From assembly GCA_031409275.1 (NCBI GenBank), contig JANNXA010000034.1:96001-160000 (forward strand): a stretch of DNA of 64,000 nt, in the 5' to 3' direction. This DNA comes from Planctomycetota bacterium (GTDB taxonomy: Bacteria; Planctomycetota; B15-G4; SIAN01). A program made the translations under genes and the position numbers. Below are positions 60,344-64,000 of the stretch, one piece after another. Position 1 is the first letter of the stretch; each line of letters begins with the position of its first letter. A model generated the notes under the pieces. It had not been told where the DNA came from, ran no database searches, and saw only the letters and a program-made list of their open reading frames with translations.

Positions 60344-61799
60344 CGTGGCGCTCGGCGTAACGGCGAATCCCGGCGAGCATCCCGTTGAACACGATCGCGT
60401 GGAGCGGGACGACGGCGTACCAGTAGGCGAGGCCCGCGAGGCCCTTCGGCCGGAAGCGCGCGGTCTGGATCAGCCGCGTGCCGGTGCCGGAGGGCTCGAG
60501 TTCGAAGGTCAGCGTCGCGATCCCGGGCAGCTTCATCTCCGCGCGCAGTTCGAGGCGTTTGCCGTCTTCGAGTCCGGTGACGCGCCAGAAGTCGAGCGCC
60601 TCGCCGAAACCGACCGCGTCGGGATCCTTGCGCCGTCGTCGCAGGCCCGGTCCACCGACCAGCCGGTCGATCAGGCCGCGTGCACGCCACAGCAGATCGG
60701 CCGCGTAGTAGCCATGCCCGCCGCCGATCCGGACGACCGCGGCGAAGACCGCCGGCGCCGCCGCCGCCACGTCGCAGCTGCGGCGATCGACGAAGACGCG
60801 GCCGCCCGCCCAGTCGGGATCGCCGGGGATTGCGCCAGCATCGCTCCACGCCGACTCAAGCCCTCCTGCGCGCTCCTTCGCCAACGCCTTCGCGATGGCG
60901 ACGCGCACCGGCAGTCGCGCTCCCGGAAGCAGTTCCAGCGCGCGTGGATCGCGGCAGACCACGCGGTTGCGCAGCCCTTCGGCGAGCGGTCGCGCGATCG
61001 CGTGGTCGATCGGCGTGACGAGGTGGATCCACAGCGAGGAGAGCCGCGGCGTGAGGACCGGCAGCGGCACGATGAGGCGCCGGCGCAACCCGAGTTCCTC
61101 CTGCATCACGTGCATCAGGTCGAGGTAGCTCAGCACGTCGGGGCCGCCGATGTCGAGCGTCGCGCCGATCGTGGCGGGCACGTCGAGGCAGCGGACCAAC
61201 GCATCGAGGACGTCGGCGACGGCGATCGGCTGCGATTCCGTGGTCACCCAGCGCGGGGTCACCATGACGGGCAGCCGCTCCACCAGGTAGCGCAGGATCT
61301 CGAACGACGCGCTGCCGGAGCCGAGGATCATCGCGGCGCGCAGGACGGTGAGCGGAACGCCGCCGCTCGCCAGAGCGGTCTCGACCTCGCGTCGCGAGGC
61401 GAGGTGTTCGGAGAGCCCATCGCCGAGCTCGCCAAGGCCACCGAGGTAGATCAGGCGGCTGACGTTGGCGCGCTTCGCGGCCGCGGCGAACCCCGCTGCG
61501 AGGCGCTGGTCATGGCCGCGGAACTCGCGGCCCGCCGTCATCATCGAGTGGATCAGGTAGTAGGCCGCTTCGCAGCCCGCCATCGCCCGCGTCAACGCCG
61601 CTTCGTCGCCGACGTCGCATTCGACGACGCGCAGTCGCGGATGGTGGATCCAGGTGCGCGCGCTGAGTTTGCGGGCATCGCGCGCGGCGCAGACCACCTC
61701 GTGCCCGGCGTCGAGCAGACGTGGCACCAGGCGCCCACCGATGTAGCCCGTCGCGCCGGTGACGAAGAGGCGCCGGATGGGCTGGGCTGGATCGTTCAC
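60303..61799 (-). CDS. Atypical SDR / NAD(P)-binding oxidoreductase with C-terminal DUF2867 (YbjT-like)
   Basis: VTGATGYIGGRL, YYLIHSM, LSEHLASRREV, GSGSASFEILR, DFWRV...LRAEMKLPG...GLAYWYAVVPLH; GTG overlaps the regulator stop. Confidence 0.9.
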   Translation of the reverse strand: MNDPAQPIRRLFVTGATGYIGGRLVPRLLDAGHEVVCAARDARKLSARTWIHHPRLRVVECDVGDEAALTRAMAGCEAAYYLIHSMMTAGREFRGHDQRLAAGFAAAAKRANVSRLIYLGGLGELGDGLSEHLASRREVETALASGGVPLTVLRAAMILGSGSASFEILRYLVERLPVMVTPRWVTTESQPIAVADVLDALVRCLDVPATIGATLDIGGPDVLSYLDLMHVMQEELGLRRRLIVPLPVLTPRLSSLWIHLVTPIDHAIARPLAEGLRNRVVCRDPRALELLPGARLPVRVAIAKALAKERAGGLESAWSDAGAIPGDPDWAGGRVFVDRRSCDVAAAAPAVFAAVVRIGGGHGYYAADLLWRARGLIDRLVGGPGLRRRRKDPDAVGFGEALDFWRVTGLEDGKRLELRAEMKLPGIATLTFELEPSGTGTRLIQTARFRPKGLAGLAYWYAVVPLHAIVFNGMLAGIRRYAERHVNASATPPEPAPR

Positions 61800-62719
61800 G
61801 CGTGCCGATCGGAGCTGGCTCGCGCGCGGTCCTGCAGCGAGGCGAGCGAATCCTCGATCACGACCCGCTGCGGATCGAGCGGCAATCGGGCGTCGCGCAG
61901 CTGGCCGCTGACGCGTCCACCGATCACCAGCAACGTGCGCTCTTCCGCGAGCGCCGCGGCAAGCTCCTCGACGTAGGAGCGCGCCGCGCCGCGCGGCTCG
62001 TCGGAGGAGATCGAGATCCAGACCATCGCCGGTTGCCAGCGCTTCGTCGCCGCGACGACGGCGGCGACGGGCAAGCGTGCCCCGAGGTTGATCGTGCGCC
62101 AGCCCGCCTGCTGCAGCGTCATCGACGCCAGTTGGCTCGGGATCTGGTAGGGATCCCATTCGGGCGACCCGCCGATCGCCAGCGGCCCATCGCTCACCGG
62201 CAGCAGTCGAGTGATCTCGTGCAGCGCATGCAGGCACGCTTCCGTCGCCGCGTGCTCGATGACGATCCCGTCCGGTCCGTGGTGCCACAGCTCGCCGAGG
62301 TGCTCGAGCGCCGGTTGCAGGACGTCGCGCGCGAGCGTGACGAGCTCCACCCCATCGACGAAGGCATGCAGCAGCACGGCGTGCGCTTCCGCGAGCTGCC
62401 CGTCGACGAGGAAGCGGGCGAGCGTTCGCGCGTGTTCATGAGTCGGGAGCCGGGCGAGCTGTCGACCGCGTGCCGGCAGGCCGAGCAGTTCCGGACGTAC
62501 GACTTCGTGGTGCTGTTTCTGGATGAAACGAATCGCTTCCGGCAGACGGATGCGGCGATGGCCGCCGCTCGTGCGAACGAGCTTCAGCTGTCCGGAGTCG
62601 GCCCACCGCTTCACCGATGATTCGGAAACGCCGATCGCCGCGCCGAGGTCGCGCGGGCTCAGGAAGACCGGCAGGGAGGTCATCGAACCAGGAGGGGAGG
62701 ACGGTGAGGGATCGACCAT
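61796..62719 (-). CDS. MerR/excisionase-like HTH plus cobalamin-binding-domain transcriptional regulator (CarH/LitR-like); alternative start 62683
   Basis: LSPRDLGAAIGVSESSVKRWADSG..RTSGGHRRI HTH; W-x9-EH (WHHGPDGIVIEH); Rossmann B12 domain (GWRTINLGARLP, VWISIS). Confidence 0.85.
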   Translation of the reverse strand: MVDPSPSSPPGSMTSLPVFLSPRDLGAAIGVSESSVKRWADSGQLKLVRTSGGHRRIRLPEAIRFIQKQHHEVVRPELLGLPARGRQLARLPTHEHARTLARFLVDGQLAEAHAVLLHAFVDGVELVTLARDVLQPALEHLGELWHHGPDGIVIEHAATEACLHALHEITRLLPVSDGPLAIGGSPEWDPYQIPSQLASMTLQQAGWRTINLGARLPVAAVVAATKRWQPAMVWISISSDEPRGAARSYVEELAAALAEERTLLVIGGRVSGQLRDARLPLDPQRVVIEDSLASLQDRARASSDRHA

Positions 62720-63066
62720 GGATCTTCTCGGCGGGAGGAGCTGCGCGCGGGTTTCCGGGACGTGTCGGAATCTGAACGATTTGGTTGTTTTATAGGAGGA
62801 GTTGCTGTGCCGCCAGTGGGCAGGCGCGCGAAATCGTGAAGCGAAGTGATGACGATGACGAGGTCTCCCGCGCGCCACTCCGCGGCGGCGCTCGGCAGCC
62901 GCCGCCCGATCTTCAGCCCCTCGAACTCGGCAGGTGAGAGAGCGTCCGGAGTGGCGCCGGGCCGCCGCGTCTCCACCCCTGCAACCGTCGCGTGGATGTT
63001 TTTGGGGCCGCTACAGTCCGCACCTCACGACGCCGTGGTGCCGTTGGCGGCCAAGAGGAGGATGCG

Positions 63067-64000
63067 ATGGTCCAAGCCTGGTTCGCCGCGTTGCTGGCGG
63101 CTCCGTTCGTCACGCTGACGCCGGAGGTCCCGAAGGTCGGCGCCGACGTGCCTCCATTCCGGATGGCCGACCAGGATGGCCGCCTGATCAGCGCCGCGTC
63201 GCTGCAGGGCAAGCGCTATCTGCTGGCCTTCTATCCCAAGGATTTCACCCCTGGCTGAACCAAGGAGCTCTCGGACCTGCGGGACAGGTTCGCCGAGTTC
63301 AAGTCGCGCGGCGTGATGGTCTTCGGTGTGGCGCTCGATGGGGTCGAGTCGCATCGCAAGTTCTGCGACTCGCTTGCCTTGCCCTTCCAGCTCCTCACCG
63401 ACGAGGAGGGGCGCGCGTCGCGCGACTTCGGGGTCTTCCTCGAAGCGATGGGTGGCATCGCGCGTCGCACCATGTTCCTGGTCGGTGCCGGCGGCAAGCT
63501 CGACTACGTCGACGAGGCCTATGAACTGAAGAGCGACGCCGATTGGGAGGCGCTGCTCGCCGCGCTTGGGCCGCGGCCGGAAGTGCCAGGCGCGACCGCA
63601 CTCATCCCCGAGAAACTCGACGGCGAGGCAATCCGCAAGGATCTCCAGAAGCTGGCGTCGGACGAGTTCGAGGGGCGTGGCGTCGGCACGCGAGCCGAGC
63701 GGTTCACGGTCGACTACCTCGTCGAGCAGCTGACGGCGGCTGGCTTCGCGCCCGGCAACGGCCCGAGCTTCGTGCAGCAGGTGCCGCTGGTCAGCGTCCA
63801 GAAGGCGAAGTCGCCGCAACTCGAACTTGGCAAGGTGCCGCAGCGCTTTCTCGATGACTTCGTGGTGATGACGCGGCGGCAGAAGGAAGCGGCGCTGAAG
63901 GCCAGCGGCGAGCTCGTCTTCGTCGGCTACGGCTGCAGTGCGCCCGAGTTCCGTTGGGACGACTACGCCGGACTCGATGTGAAAGGCAAGGTCGTGGTCT
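63067..64000 (+). CDS. Exported BCP/PrxQ peroxiredoxin (in-frame TGA, probable selenocysteine, at the peroxidatic position) fused to a PA-domain M28 peptidase; runs off the window
   Basis: GAGGAGG RBS; FYPKDFTPG-TGA(63256-63258)-TKELS; the frame stays open through the Prx domain and into LASDEFEGRGVGT, FVQQVPL, LVFVGYG..APE..WDDYAGLDVKGKVVV. Confidence 0.88.
63265..63300 (+). promoter_or_regulatory. Candidate bacterial SECIS stem-loop
   Basis: CTCGG+ACCTG (63270-63279) / loop CGGGA / CAGGT, TCG bulge, CCGAG (63285-63297); 21 nt separate the UGA from the apical loop. Confidence 0.65.

Noticed and set aside
62992..63258. 88-aa ORF treated as a complete gene or as a truncated peroxiredoxin pseudogene
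   Set aside because: The only stop falls exactly on the catalytic Cys codon, the downstream frame is intact and a SECIS-like hairpin follows; Sec recoding is more parsimonious, though unproven

Overview
High-GC (roughly 70% by eye) bacterial chromosomal segment. The gene content suggests an uncultured Planctomycetota lineage (inference): prenyltransferase-like toroid proteins, HEAT/vWA proteins, a CRTAC1-like protein, carboxypeptidase-regulatory-like paralogue arrays and an ECF/anti-sigma pair. Housekeeping genes (rsgA, mfd, SurA-like, rnc, dGTPase, pilT x2) are interspersed with envelope and secreted proteins. I saw no rRNA, tRNA, CRISPR array or transposase. Most notable observations: (1) a gene at 63067->64000 that the ORF track breaks at an in-frame TGA. 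The TGA sits exactly at the peroxidatic Cys of a BCP/PrxQ peroxiredoxin and is followed by a SECIS-like hairpin. The frame continues into a PA/M28 peptidase, giving a candidate exported selenocysteine-peroxiredoxin-peptidase fusion. (2) An adjacent CarH/LitR-like regulator whose cobalamin His ligand is replaced by Tyr, with a shared RRAC-N9-GTTT motif upstream of itself and of a fasciclin gene. (3) A 9-gene beta-helix protein + TonB receptor + TtpB/TtpC-type TonB operon preceded by a Pho-box-geometry promoter. (4) Tandem toroid proteins carrying TonB-like SxxxH anchors. (5) A PilT with an N-terminal MshEN-like domain.
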